A stretch of DNA of 64,000 nt from Leptonemataceae bacterium (GCA_965227295.1 OZ245742.1:3264001-3328000); one strand, 5' to 3'. Positions 1 through 10,011 are shown, numbered from the stretch's first letter. Notes: generated by a model from the sequence alone, not told the origin. Translations and numbers: made by a program.

Positions 1-2335
1 GTTGTCCGTCGTCGTAGCTGAAGTAGGCCGGCAGTGCCAGGGTGAATTCGCTTTCGGGGTAGTCCCAGGAATAATAGAGCGGGGCGAGCAGTGACGTATG
101 CGTGTCCGCCGCGCGATCGTAGCTGCGGTAGTACGGGCCGGCCCAGAGCGTGGATGATTCCTGCGCCGTGCCGCCGTGGGTCGTGCGAGCATAGTGCAGG
201 GGGCTGAAGCTCAGATGTTCGCCGCCGGACTCCGTTTCTTTGTGCGTCGACTGAAAGTAAAACGGCGGCGCATAGACGGCCGTGTTACCGCCGGCGCCGT
301 TGGGATAATAAAAGAACAGCGGAAACGCGACGAAGCGTTCCAGCTCGCCGTTTGGATTGCGCGCGGTACTTACGTTGCCGTACAACCGGGCGCTGCCGTC
401 CCGGGAAGAATCCCGCGCGTAGTAGAGCGGGATGAGCGGTGCCCAGAAGGACGTGGCGTACTCCACGTCCGTGCCGTCGCGTTCCACCCGGTCGCTGTAA
501 TAGTAGAACGGCGAGATGTGGTTCTCGGATTGTGTCGTTCTGCCGGACGGCGACGCGGTAGCTGCATCACTGTAGTAGGCCAGGGGAGAATAGAACGATT
601 GTGACTCGCCGCGCTCATTGTGACGCGTCGTCCAGAGGTACGGGGCGCCGAAAGTGTAGGAACGATCGGTGCCGGCCGCGTCGCGATGGCGGGTGTGAAA
701 GTAGAACGGGACGATCGCGAGCATGCCGTCCGCGCCGGCACTATAATAGAAGAACGGCAGTACCCCGAGGCGCCGCAGTTCGTCTTCGGGGTCCTGCTGC
801 GTGAAGACGGGGCCGTAGACGCGCGTGCTGCCGGTCTCCGTTGAATCCGAGGCGTAGTAGATCGGAACGAACGGTGCCCGGAACGCCGACGTAACGCCCG
901 ACTGCGTTTCCCGGTAACTGTACGCGTGCAACGGTGAGGCATGAGCAACGTGTTGACTGCGAGTTTCGCCGCGTCGATCGTCCCGGGCATCGTAGAAACC
1001 CAGCGGTGTGTAGATTGACGACGACTCGTACCGCGTTCCGTTCGAGGCCTGCGCAAAGTACGGTACGCCGAACGTATAGGTCGTATCAATGCCCGCGTGA
1101 TCGCGTACCCGCAGGCGATGGTAGAACGGTACGACGGCCAGGACGCCGGTATCACCGGCGTTCCGTTCGGCCTCATCGGCGGAAGCATAAAAGAAGAACG
1201 GGTAGACGTTCCAGGTATCCACAGCCCCGCCTGCATCGCGACGAATGTGGACGTTGGCGTAAAGACGCGTGGAACCGGCGGCGTCGTCCGAGGCGTAGTA
1301 GACGGGCAGGATCGGAACCGACACGGTCCGCTCGTTGCCGGTGCTGCTGTAATAAAAGAGCGGGGACATGTGCGTCGCGCCGCGGTCCTCGTCCTGGACG
1401 TAGGCGTACAACGGCGGAATCACCAACAGGTCCAGCTCGCCGCTCTCCGTGGTTTCGTAGTATACGTTGCCGACCAGGCGCTGGATTTCTCCGGACTCCT
1501 CGCGGTTCGAAAAGTACAGCGGCATGAGCGGCGACCAGAATGAACTGCGGTAGCTTTCGTTTCCATCGTAGGTGCGGCGGTCGGCGCTGTAAAAATAAAG
1601 CGGGCCCGCGTGAAAGCTCGAATCGAGCGTGGTATCGCCGGATCGCGTGCTGGTTTCGTCGAAGTAGCCGAGCACGCTGATCAAACGAAAGGCGTCCTCG
1701 TTTTCGTTGTCGATGCTGCGTCCGTAGAAGAGCGGGGCCACGGCCAACGACGTGAGATTGCGGCGTTCGTCCCGGCTGTGAAAGAGAATCGGCAGCAGGG
1801 CCCGGCTGCGTTCGCCGCCGCCGGGTTCCACGGAACCCGAGCGGGAATCGACGTAGAGATACGCGATGAGATCAAAACCGCCGCGCTCACCGCCGGCCGT
1901 CGGAAGATCCTCGCGCGTATGCAGGCTGAGCGGCGTGAGCAACACCGAGGCGCCGCCGTGCTCGGTGAACGTGTAAAAAAACGGAAAGACCCAGCCGGAA
2001 CTGCGGCCGTCGGTTTTGCTTTCGAGGCCGGAATAGAACGGATAGATGCTCAGTCGGGAGAAGGCGGGGTAGTCGGTGTAGCGGAAGAGGCCGAAGGCGT
2101 TCAGGGCGTAGTGGCCGTCCCAGTGCTCTTCTTCGACGACCAGGGCATTGATGCGCAGTTTCTGTTCTTTCTCGCTGCCGTAGATGGGACGGCGTTCCAG
2201 GTCCGACCAGTCCGATGGATACGTGACCGGCGTCTGTGCCGCCAGGGAGCCGGCGAGTACCAGGAAGATCACGGCGCCGGGGCAGATCTGCCGGAAAGTC
2301 TTCTGAGAGAGCGATCGGAACAGCTGCGCGTGCAT
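1..2335 (-). CDS. Large exported aromatic-rich repeat protein (P-x-F/Y-Y repeats); 3' end runs off the window
   Basis: Absent from the ORF track because it is open at the edge. Hand translation from ATG 2335 gives MHAQLFRSLSQKTFRQICPGAVIFLVLAGSLAAQ (signal-peptide-like), then repeats such as PLFYG, PLYFY, PFFFY, PIYYA, PLYYA, and stays in frame to position 1. The + strand ORFs here are its antisense shadows. Confidence 0.8.
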   Translation of the reverse strand, partial: MHAQLFRSLSQKTFRQICPGAVIFLVLAGSLAAQTPVTYPSDWSDLERRPIYGSEKEQKLRINALVVEEEHWDGHYALNAFGLFRYTDYPAFSRLSIYPFYSGLESKTDGRSSGWVFPFFYTFTEHGGASVLLTPLSLHTREDLPTAGGERGGFDLIAYLYVDSRSGSVEPGGGERSRALLPILFHSRDERRNLTSLAVAPLFYGRSIDNENEDAFRLISVLGYFDETSTRSGDTTLDSSFHAGPLYFYSADRRTYDGNESYRSSFWSPLMPLYFSNREESGEIQRLVGNVYYETTESGELDLLVIPPLYAYVQDEDRGATHMSPLFYYSSTGNERTVSVPILPVYYASDDAAGSTRLYANVHIRRDAGGAVDTWNVYPFFFYASADEAERNAGDTGVLAVVPFYHRLRVRDHAGIDTTYTFGVPYFAQASNGTRYESSSIYTPLGFYDARDDRRGETRSQHVAHASPLHAYSYRETQSGVTSAFRAPFVPIYYASDSTETGSTRVYGPVFTQQDPEDELRRLGVLPFFYYSAGADGMLAIVPFYFHTRHRDAAGTDRSYTFGAPYLWTTRHNERGESQSFYSPLAYYSDAATASPSGRTTQSENHISPFYYYSDRVERDGTDVEYATSFWAPLIPLYYARDSSRDGSARLYGNVSTARNPNGELERFVAFPLFFYYPNGAGGNTAVYAPPFYFQSTHKETESGGEHLSFSPLHYARTTHGGTAQESSTLWAGPYYRSYDRAADTHTSLLAPLYYSWDYPESEFTLALPAYFSYDDGQ

Positions 2336-2422
2336 GGGCTCATTGGACCGGGAGGATGCCGACACCGTTCGAAAAAAATGTACTTGTGCGGCGCATAATC
2401 CGATGGAATGATGTAGCGAGCA

Positions 2423-2986
2423 ATGGCCCGGACCAAGCTGATCAAACGTTACGCCAACCGGCGACTCTACGACGCCGAGACGAGCAAGACTATCACCCTC
2501 GACGATGTAGCAGAGCTCATCAAGAAAGGCGACGAAGTTCGTGTGGTGGACAACATCACCGGCGAGGACATCACCGCGCGGGTCCTGGGCCAGACGTTTC
2601 TCAAAATCAGCATGGAGCAGCAGAATCTGGAGTTCAGCACCTTCCTGCTGACCTCGCTCATTCGCGAGGTTTCCAACAACGTCTCCAGTCTCTTCAGCCA
2701 GCTCGTGGACGGCGGCATCGGCATCGGTCAGTTGACCCTGGATCGCCTGGAAAAGATCGTCGAGGGCATGGTGGACCAGGGCGATCTGAAAATGTCCGAG
2801 AAGACGGACTACGTGGAGCACATACTGGAACAGCTCGGCAGTGACCGTATCCACGATCGCGCGAAAGAGGGTCTCGGCGTGTTGCGCAGCGAGTTTCTTA
2901 TGTCGTCCAGCGACAAGAAGGTCGAGGAGCTCTCCTCGAAACTGGACGAGATGGCCCGCATCATCCAGGACATGCAAAAAAAGTAG
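2423..2986 (+). CDS. PhaR-type (polyhydroxyalkanoate synthesis regulator) DNA-binding domain protein
   Basis: N-terminal IKRYANRRLYDAETSKTITLDDVAELIKKGDEVRVVDNITGEDIT matches the PHB_acc_N motif; helical C-terminus. Confidence 0.8.
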   Translation: MARTKLIKRYANRRLYDAETSKTITLDDVAELIKKGDEVRVVDNITGEDITARVLGQTFLKISMEQQNLEFSTFLLTSLIREVSNNVSSLFSQLVDGGIGIGQLTLDRLEKIVEGMVDQGDLKMSEKTDYVEHILEQLGSDRIHDRAKEGLGVLRSEFLMSSSDKKVEELSSKLDEMARIIQDMQKK

Positions 2987-3081
2987 CTCCGGGAAATCTT
3001 GTTTTTGCATTTCCGTCGCCGGCCGTTAAAGTCGACCCCCGGCAGGTCCGAATAGGTACCACAAAAACGGGGTCAACTCTC

Positions 3082-4263
3082 ATGCAGTCTTTACATTCTC
3101 AAGGCGGGTTCGCCGGCATTTCTAAACGGGCCGTGAAGCTTGCCTGCGTGGCGCTTACGATTCTCGGTATCGCCGGTTCTCCCGTGCTGGGCGGAACCCA
3201 GGACGATGCCATCGCCATGTGGCAGGAGATCTACCGCCAGGCGTACCAGGATCTCCGGTACGGCAGCACGTTTGAGAAAATCGAAGCGGCCCGGCTCTTT
3301 GGCCGGCACGGTAAGTCGCGTTACGTGCGTCCGCTGGTTGCCGAGTTGAACTCCCAACTGGACGAGCCGGCGTATCGCAAGACGCCCATCAACGATCCCT
3401 TCGTGAAATCCGAAATCGCCTGGGCCCTCGGCGAGATCGGTCACCCCCACGCTGTCCCCGGTCTGCTGCAGGCCCTGGCCTCGACCCTGGCCATCCTCGA
3501 CTCACAGATTCAGGCGAACGTTGAACGCCGCGAAGCAGAGTACGCCACCGCCGCGGAACTGGAGCAGCAACGCCAGGCCGACGCTCCGGAAGGCGACACA
3601 CCGCCGAAGGTGCGCGTCATCATCCTCGATCCGGATCAGCCCGGTCCTTTTGAACTGGAAGAACTGCGCTATCAATTTCCGTACAGCCCGGACCAATTCT
3701 GGAACGTATCGAACCGTTTTAAGGACATCCCCGCCGTGGATGTTACGGCGGAAGACCATCGCATTCTCCTCGAAGGCGCCACGTACATGAACCTGGTGCG
3801 CGCGCTGCTCACCGCCCTCGGGGAAATCGGTGACGAAGAAGCCATCGAAGGCGCGGACCCGCATCCGGGCGTCAAAGAGTATCTGAACAATCGTTATCCC
3901 TTCGTGCGCTCCATGGCGGCGAAGTCTCTGGGCATGATCGGCACGAAGGCCGCCATGGATTTGCTGGACCAGCGTTACGCTGAAGAACCGGACGAGCGCG
4001 TCAAGGTTCGCATTGCTCTCGCGGTGCTGCGCAACGACAAAACGCGCACGAACTATTACAACGAGTTGGTTCAGTTCCTCGAAAGCGACGTTCACGAGGT
4101 GCGCTTCCAGGCCGCGGTGGCCATGCGCACGGTGGCGATGTACGAAGCCATCGAAAGCCTGCGGGCCGCCCTGGCCATCGAAGCCGATCCGACGATCCGT
4201 ACGATCTTGCAAGAGGCGATCCACCAGTCCACGCTGGACGGAATCATTCCGGTGAATTATTGA
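3082..4263 (+). CDS. HEAT-repeat protein, probably exported
   Basis: Hydrophobic N-terminus; HEAT-like motifs VKSEIAWALGEIG, VRSMAAKSLGMIG, VRFQAAVAM. Confidence 0.75.
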   Translation: MQSLHSQGGFAGISKRAVKLACVALTILGIAGSPVLGGTQDDAIAMWQEIYRQAYQDLRYGSTFEKIEAARLFGRHGKSRYVRPLVAELNSQLDEPAYRKTPINDPFVKSEIAWALGEIGHPHAVPGLLQALASTLAILDSQIQANVERREAEYATAAELEQQRQADAPEGDTPPKVRVIILDPDQPGPFELEELRYQFPYSPDQFWNVSNRFKDIPAVDVTAEDHRILLEGATYMNLVRALLTALGEIGDEEAIEGADPHPGVKEYLNNRYPFVRSMAAKSLGMIGTKAAMDLLDQRYAEEPDERVKVRIALAVLRNDKTRTNYYNELVQFLESDVHEVRFQAAVAMRTVAMYEAIESLRAALAIEADPTIRTILQEAIHQSTLDGIIPVNY

Positions 4264-4380
4264 GAGAGACGTGCGGCTTCTTCCGATCAGGGAGAAGCCC
4301 GCTCTGAGTCCCGGTACTAACGGGGCGAGGTCTTCCCGGATTCCCCTTGCCCCGCCGCATCTTCCAACCAACGTGGCCGT

Positions 4381-5079
4381 ATGCAGCGCTCTTCCGTTGT
4401 TCTTGCAATCATTCTGGGCCTGGCCGTCGCCTGCGGTGACGCGAAGCCCACGGAATCCTCGTACCGCGTCGCCGACGTTCTCAACGACGGCGTGAGCATG
4501 CGCATTGATCCGCTGAGCTCGGCCTCCGAGGTGGACTTTCTCGATCGCGGGGTGAGTGTGAAAGTCGTCGGCCGCACCGATGAAAAGGTGTCCATCGGCC
4601 GCTTCAAAGAGTACTGGTATCGTGTGCGATTGGAGTCCGGCCTGGAAGGATGGGTCTACGGATCGAACCTGTCCATCGGCGATAGCGCCGCGGCCGGTCC
4701 GGTGCGCCGGGGCATGACGGAGCAGCAGTTCCGCGAGGCCGTGGTCGGACAATGGTGGGAAATTCGCACGGACGGCACCAGCGGGTATCGCCGCGTCTAT
4801 CTCTGGCCCGACGGTACTTACAAGTACGCCTTCGGCGATAATCCCTGGCAGGAAGGCAAGTATGCCATGGCGCCCGAGGATCAGCGGCTCACATTCGATC
4901 CGCCGAATGCCATGAGCGATTGGGCCAGCATGAAAAAGATCGGCACGGAGTTCCGATTGTTTTCCGAAAGCGAGGGCAAGAAGATCTCGTTTCGCCGCCT
5001 GCATCTGGACCCCGACGCCCCGGAACCCGGGGAAGAGCCGGAGGTCGTCGAACAACCGGGCGAAGCGAGCGCGCCTTAG
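4381..5079 (+). CDS. Lipoprotein with bacterial SH3 domain
   Basis: Lipobox LAVAC; SH3b motif WYRVRLESGLEGWVYG. Confidence 0.75.
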   Translation: MQRSSVVLAIILGLAVACGDAKPTESSYRVADVLNDGVSMRIDPLSSASEVDFLDRGVSVKVVGRTDEKVSIGRFKEYWYRVRLESGLEGWVYGSNLSIGDSAAAGPVRRGMTEQQFREAVVGQWWEIRTDGTSGYRRVYLWPDGTYKYAFGDNPWQEGKYAMAPEDQRLTFDPPNAMSDWASMKKIGTEFRLFSESEGKKISFRRLHLDPDAPEPGEEPEVVEQPGEASAP

Positions 5080-5089
5080 GATTTATTGA

Positions 5090-5200
5090 ACTCCGAGGTC
5101 CGAGGTACCGAGTGTTCAGAACGGAGAGCGATCATGCGCCGCTCGCTGTCAGGATACGATAAGCCTCACCCAAAGACCTCGGTCTCTCGGCCCTCGGAGT
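5090..5200. repeat. REP/REPIN-like inverted-repeat element, copy 1
   Basis: ACTCCGAGGTCCGAGGTACCGAG (5090-5112) ... CTCGGTCTCTCGGCCCTCGGAGT (5178-5200). Confidence 0.85.
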
Positions 5201-5220
5201 CGATGGTCCTCTCTTTAAAA

Positions 5221-5949
5221 ATGCAAGCACGTATTAACAAATACTTAGCCAGTGCAGGTTACGGTTCGCGGCGGGAGTGTGAGTCCCTGGTGACCGCCGG
5301 TCGGGTCGAAGTGAACGGGGCGATCGTCCGGGAGTTGCACACCCGGGTCGGTGACGATGACCTGGTTCGCGTGGACGGCAAGGCCGTTCGGCCCGCAGCG
5401 CATCTGCTCTACTACGTGCTCCATAAACCCGCGGGGTACGTGACTTCGCGGCGGGGCGGAAAGAACGAGCGCACCATCTACGATCTTTTGCCGGCGAACC
5501 TGCAGGCGTTGAAGTACGCCGGCCGCCTGGACAAAGAGAGCCGCGGCCTGCTCATCCTTTCGAACGACGGGGACTTCCTCAATGACGTCAGCCATCCGTC
5601 CCGGGCTGGTAAGCTGCTCAAACGCTATCGCATTACCGTGGAAGTGCCGGAGCGACTGCCGCCGGAATCGGAACTGCGCGATCGTTTTCTGCGCGGCATC
5701 GCCGAGGGCGGGGAGTTGTTGCGGGCCCGGGAGGTCGTGGTGGCGGACCGCGAGCGGGGGGTGATCGAAGTGGCTCTGGGCGAGGGGCGCAATCGTCAGT
5801 TGCGGCGCATGTTCCGGGCTCTGAACCTGCGGATTCGTGATCTCTATCGCTACGCCGTGGGGCCGCTGCACCTGGAGCGGAACTGTCGGGCGGACGAGGG
5901 CCGGGTGGTCGAGTTTGATCCGGAACCCCTCCGCCGCGATTCGGCTTGA
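5221..5949 (+). CDS. rRNA pseudouridine synthase, RsuA/RluB family
   Basis: S4 domain RINKYLASAGYGSRRECE; HKPAGYVT; catalytic GRLDKESRGLL; EGRNRQLRRM. Start moved to ATG 5221 because the track extension runs through the repeat. Confidence 0.9.
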   Translation: MQARINKYLASAGYGSRRECESLVTAGRVEVNGAIVRELHTRVGDDDLVRVDGKAVRPAAHLLYYVLHKPAGYVTSRRGGKNERTIYDLLPANLQALKYAGRLDKESRGLLILSNDGDFLNDVSHPSRAGKLLKRYRITVEVPERLPPESELRDRFLRGIAEGGELLRAREVVVADRERGVIEVALGEGRNRQLRRMFRALNLRIRDLYRYAVGPLHLERNCRADEGRVVEFDPEPLRRDSA

Positions 5950-5985
5950 CGCCGCCCCGGGAAACTTCAGCCTGCCAGCGATCCT

Positions 5986-7434
5986 ATGCTTTTCGTCACC
6001 GACGAATTTCTGCTCTTCTTCTGCGTCGTTTACCTGCTTTTCTGGACGCTCCCCGATCGCTTTCGCATTCCGCTGCTGATTGTTTCGTCGCTGTTCTTCT
6101 ACGCCACCTGGTCGTTTCTGTTCACCTTTCACCTCCTGCTCGTGGTCACGGTGAACTACCTGGTGATGGAGCTGTGGCGCATTCATCGCAAGACCTGGAT
6201 CTTCGTCGGCCTGCAAATTCTTAACGTCGCGAACATCGGCGTCTTTAAGTACTACTACTTCTTCGCGGACATCATCGGACGGATCATCGGCGACCCGGCG
6301 CTCCACGAGTCCGCCCTGCGCGAGGCCCATCGACTGGAAGGGCACGAGATCTTTCTGCCCCTGGCGATCAGCTTTTACACGTTCCAGATCATGGCCTACG
6401 GCATCGACATCTACCGGGGCGTGTACACGGAGCGGCACCCGTTCTCCCAGGTGCTGTTGTTCAAGTCGTTCTTTCCGCAGTTGATCGCCGGGCCCATCAT
6501 GCGCTCGAACGAACTTCTGCCGCAACTGCGCGATGTGTCCCAGGGCAACGGGCCGCGGCCGGATCTCGATAAACACAAGCGCGGCCTGTGGCTCATTCTC
6601 GCCGGCGTTTTCAAGAAAGTCCTGATCGCGAATCAAATGATCGCTTACGCCGCGCCGCTCTTCAGTCCCGGGAGCGATCCGGACGCCTTTCATCCCGGCT
6701 CCGTATGGCTGGGCACCATCGCCTGTATGATGATGTTGTACGCGGACTTCTCCGCTTATACGGATCTCGCCCGCGGCTTCGGTTTGCTGCTCGGTTTCGA
6801 GATTCCCATTAACTTCAAGGCGCCGTTTTTTATGACGAGCATCGCCGATTTCTGGCGACGCTGGCATCTCACGTTCTCGCGCTGGATTCGGGATTACATT
6901 TTTATTCCGCTGGGCGGCAGTCGCGTAAGTGAAACTCGCGTGTACTTAAACTATCTCGTAACGTTCACCATCGGCGGGCTCTGGCACGGCGCGGCGTATC
7001 CGTTTTTGATCTGGGGCGCGGGCAACGGTCTGTTCCTGGCCGTCGAGGGCGCGCTGGAGAAGCGCGGCATCTCCATGTGGCCGGACAACTGGATCCTGCG
7101 CATCTTTCGTCTGAGCATCGCCTGGTTGTTTTTGATCGTGTCGTCGATGTACTTCTTCGCGCCGAGCGGGGCTTTCGGACTCGCGGCGACGCTGCAAATG
7201 TTCGACTTCACGGCCATGGCCGATTACGAGCTCGCCGTGCTGCCGGGGGCGGAACAGGTTTATTACGCGCTCCTCGCGGTGTTCGTGTTTCATTTATTCG
7301 AAGAAAAGCCGGAGTACTTCACCTGGCTCCGGCGCTACGAAATCTGGCTTCTGCCGCTGGCGGCCCTGGCGTTGATCCTGGCGCTCACGCAGTTTGCCGG
7401 TCAGAACAAGGACTTCTTTTATTTTCAGTTCTGA
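5986..7434 (+). CDS. MBOAT family O-acyltransferase (AlgI/PatA-like)
   Basis: LPLAISFYTFQ, FFPQLIAGPI, FWRRWHLTFSRWIRDY, GLWHGA; C-terminal FFYFQF. Confidence 0.92.
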   Translation: MLFVTDEFLLFFCVVYLLFWTLPDRFRIPLLIVSSLFFYATWSFLFTFHLLLVVTVNYLVMELWRIHRKTWIFVGLQILNVANIGVFKYYYFFADIIGRIIGDPALHESALREAHRLEGHEIFLPLAISFYTFQIMAYGIDIYRGVYTERHPFSQVLLFKSFFPQLIAGPIMRSNELLPQLRDVSQGNGPRPDLDKHKRGLWLILAGVFKKVLIANQMIAYAAPLFSPGSDPDAFHPGSVWLGTIACMMMLYADFSAYTDLARGFGLLLGFEIPINFKAPFFMTSIADFWRRWHLTFSRWIRDYIFIPLGGSRVSETRVYLNYLVTFTIGGLWHGAAYPFLIWGAGNGLFLAVEGALEKRGISMWPDNWILRIFRLSIAWLFLIVSSMYFFAPSGAFGLAATLQMFDFTAMADYELAVLPGAEQVYYALLAVFVFHLFEEKPEYFTWLRRYEIWLLPLAALALILALTQFAGQNKDFFYFQF

Positions 7435-7452
7435 GGTTTCCAGGGAAGGATT

Positions 7453-7632
7453 ACTCCGAGGACCGAGGGACCGAGGAAGAACAGGGAGGGTTGTAGATCA
7501 GGGTAAGACGGTTGGTGAATCACGTTGTGGTTGTTTTCTGGTTTCAGCATCCAGGAACCGAGCATAACCTGTCATCATTCAAGCGTCGAAAAAGCCTCCC
7601 TCAAAAAAACTCGAACCCTCGGTCCTCGGAGT
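7453..7632. repeat. REP/REPIN-like inverted-repeat element, copy 2
   Basis: ACTCCGAGGACCGAGGGACCGAG (7453-7475) ... CTCGAACCCTCGGTCCTCGGAGT (7610-7632). Confidence 0.85.
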
Positions 7633-7644
7633 TCAAAAAGTCTT

Positions 7645-8865
7645 ATGTACTTCATTCGCGCTAAATACTTACTCTATCCCCTCTTTTTCCTGATCGCCCT
7701 TTTCGTGGTGGATAAAATCTTCCTCCTCCCCGAGGTCCGGAAGGCCTTCGTGCAGCCGGGCGGGGCGATGTACTACTATCAACGCGAGGCCCAGATCGAC
7801 AGCCTCAAAGAAAAGCTACCGTCGCTAAATGAAACTCATCGAACTTTAGTGGTTTTCGGCGACTCGCGTTCGTTCTCCATCGGCAACCTGGCCGCCGCCG
7901 TCGGGGAGACCATGATGGGCTACGACACCCGCGGCTGGCGCCTCTACAACTTTGCGGCCCCCCAGGCGGTGCCGGCGTACCACGCCTATCTCGCGGAGCA
8001 GCTCTTCCAGGGACCGCCGGAGCGCCGCCCGGAGTATTTGATCCTGGGCGTGGCGCCGGACGTCTTTAATCGCGAGTCGTTCCAGTTCGCGGACCCGGTG
8101 CTGAAGTTCGGTGTACCGCACGAATTCGTGCGGCGCCATCATACGCACATCCCGGAAAAAGACTACGACGCCTACGTAACTTCCAGGCGTTATGCCTTAG
8201 TGGGCATGAACTTCTCGTTCAAGACGATGTATCAGCGGACCCTGGCCGAGTTTCAGGAGCCGCAGCCCCTGCCGGACACCGAACGTTTCGCCATGATGGG
8301 CATGATGATGTCCCTGCAATCCGGCGATCAGACCCCCGAGGCCATTCGGGATATTATGGAAAACGTGGGACCGTATCTTACGGCCATGAACGACACCCAG
8401 GAAGAGGACTGGACCCTCTACAGCTTCGAAGCTTCTCCTCAGCGTAAGTTACTGGATCTCGCCCAGGGCGCCCAGTACGTCTGGAGCGGCGCCGCGGGCA
8501 ACCGTGAACTCCGCAACGAAACGAACCGCCTGGTGAATCTCTATTTTCAGAACTACACCGTCAGCGAAGAGCAGGTCTATTACTTCACGGAGACGCTCCG
8601 CCTCGCCGAACTGGCCGGCGTGAAGACGGTCGTCTTCTGGCCTAAAGTGAATCCGTTTCTCCGCGAGGCTTACGCAAAAGACCCGCGCTTCCGCGCGCTC
8701 TGGTCGCGCCTCAAACGCATTACCGAACAACACGGCGGCCTGGCCTTCGATCTCAACCACGACGCCGCCGTAAACTGCGACAGCTACTACGACGCCTCGC
8801 ACATGTCGGCGACGTGTTACCCGCAGGTAACGAGCGTGTTGTTGCAGAGACTCAAAGAGATGTGA
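7645..8865 (+). CDS. SGNH-like membrane-anchored protein (DUF1574-like), probable MBOAT partner
   Basis: N-terminal TM helix; GDSRS nucleophile motif; C-terminal DASH (DxxH); directly downstream of the MBOAT gene. Confidence 0.75.
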   Translation: MYFIRAKYLLYPLFFLIALFVVDKIFLLPEVRKAFVQPGGAMYYYQREAQIDSLKEKLPSLNETHRTLVVFGDSRSFSIGNLAAAVGETMMGYDTRGWRLYNFAAPQAVPAYHAYLAEQLFQGPPERRPEYLILGVAPDVFNRESFQFADPVLKFGVPHEFVRRHHTHIPEKDYDAYVTSRRYALVGMNFSFKTMYQRTLAEFQEPQPLPDTERFAMMGMMMSLQSGDQTPEAIRDIMENVGPYLTAMNDTQEEDWTLYSFEASPQRKLLDLAQGAQYVWSGAAGNRELRNETNRLVNLYFQNYTVSEEQVYYFTETLRLAELAGVKTVVFWPKVNPFLREAYAKDPRFRALWSRLKRITEQHGGLAFDLNHDAAVNCDSYYDASHMSATCYPQVTSVLLQRLKEM

Positions 8866-8883
8866 TTTGCCACGGCGCACCCC

Positions 8884-9891
8884 ATGAAACCATACGCGCA
8901 CGGAATTCTCGCTATTGCATTGTTGTCGGTAACTGTTCTCGCAGAACCGGTACCTCCATCGCCGCCGATAGTCCACGAGCTACCGGCATTGAAGAAGATC
9001 GTGGCACGCTATCCTCTGGCACCGAAGCGTACGGAAGTGGACTTCTGGTTCGGCCCCGGGTATCAACCTGCGCGGGGGCAAATCTTTTTGAAAGTAAAGC
9101 TTCCGGCTGGTGTCTTTAAGAGCGGTTATGAGCACGATCCGAGCGCGTGGGTGGATCGACGTACGGAAACCCATCTCAATGGAAAAGAATGGGAGTTCAA
9201 AGAAACCGGAGATAGTTTCGAACGACTGACAGTCGCGACCCTGGATCCTGCTCGAAAACAACTGGATCTGAACGTCCATGTTCGCTTACGCCCGAAGGGC
9301 CGAGAAGCGGATCAGAACGAAGTTTTGGAAATCAAGGGCACGGCCCGCGTGCGAGGCCGGCAGTTTCAAGAACTCATGCGGATCCTCGAAGCATCGCCCG
9401 AGTATCAAGCCCTGCGACAGAGTGGCGAAGTTGCGCCGGAATTCAGGGGCATTGACCTGGAAGAAACTACCAGCATCGATATGCCGGGATTCATGGGGGT
9501 CGCTCGCGGCCTGGACCTGAAGACCTTTAAGGGTGACGCGCTTTCGTTTTTCTTTCGGGACGAACGTGGTTCATTGACCCTGAGCATTCCTGTAGATCGA
9601 TTTGCAGAAGGCTACCTCCACGAGGCGGGATCGTTCGGACGCGTGACGGCAATCTATTTGCGAAGGAGCTGGGGATTCGTGCCTGACAACAATCGCTGTC
9701 GGGAAAAAGTACAGGTACTACAGTACCGTCCCGAAGAAAAGCGCCTTGTCCTGCATGTCGACGCGATGATGCGCAAGGTTCCGGCTTCTACAACGCGGGC
9801 CAGGTACCTTCACGTCAAGGGCAGGGTGGTGTTGGAAGGGCCGAATTTCGATAAGTTCGCGCAGGCCCTGGCCGGCGAACGTCCGGACTGA
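8884..9891 (+). CDS. Hypothetical secreted protein with an apparent internal duplication
   Basis: Signal peptide; TVATLDPARKQLDLNVHVRLR...LEIKGTARVRG resembles QVLQYRPEEKRLVLHVDAMMR...LHVKGRVVLEG. Confidence 0.6.
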   Translation: MKPYAHGILAIALLSVTVLAEPVPPSPPIVHELPALKKIVARYPLAPKRTEVDFWFGPGYQPARGQIFLKVKLPAGVFKSGYEHDPSAWVDRRTETHLNGKEWEFKETGDSFERLTVATLDPARKQLDLNVHVRLRPKGREADQNEVLEIKGTARVRGRQFQELMRILEASPEYQALRQSGEVAPEFRGIDLEETTSIDMPGFMGVARGLDLKTFKGDALSFFFRDERGSLTLSIPVDRFAEGYLHEAGSFGRVTAIYLRRSWGFVPDNNRCREKVQVLQYRPEEKRLVLHVDAMMRKVPASTTRARYLHVKGRVVLEGPNFDKFAQALAGERPD

Positions 9892-9974
9892 GATCCCTTC
9901 TATGTGAAGGATCAGACCACGACGTCCTTCTTCTTTCCGACTGCATACAGAGCCACGATTCCCCAAAAACCCCC

Positions 9975-10003
9975 TTGCGCACTTCTTAAATCCAGGCGAT
10001 AAT
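9975..10003 (+). promoter_or_regulatory. Possible sigma70-type promoter with a very short leader
   Basis: TTGCGC-N17-GATAAT ending 8 nt before ATG 10012. Confidence 0.35.
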
Positions 10004-10011
10004 AGCGATAC

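Noticed and set aside
176..2398. + strand ORFs 176-604, 934-1527, 1097-1543, 1610-2398
   Set aside because: Antisense shadows of the minus-strand repeat protein gene
5086..5220. N-terminal extensions of track ORFs (5086, 7525, 45346, 46473, 50989, 51106, 33395)
   Set aside because: They run through repeats or neighbouring genes; family homology begins at downstream starts
5986..8865. MBOAT + SGNH-like pair as a novel system
   Set aside because: Matches the established AlgI/AlgJ and PatA/PatB two-component O-acylation arrangement
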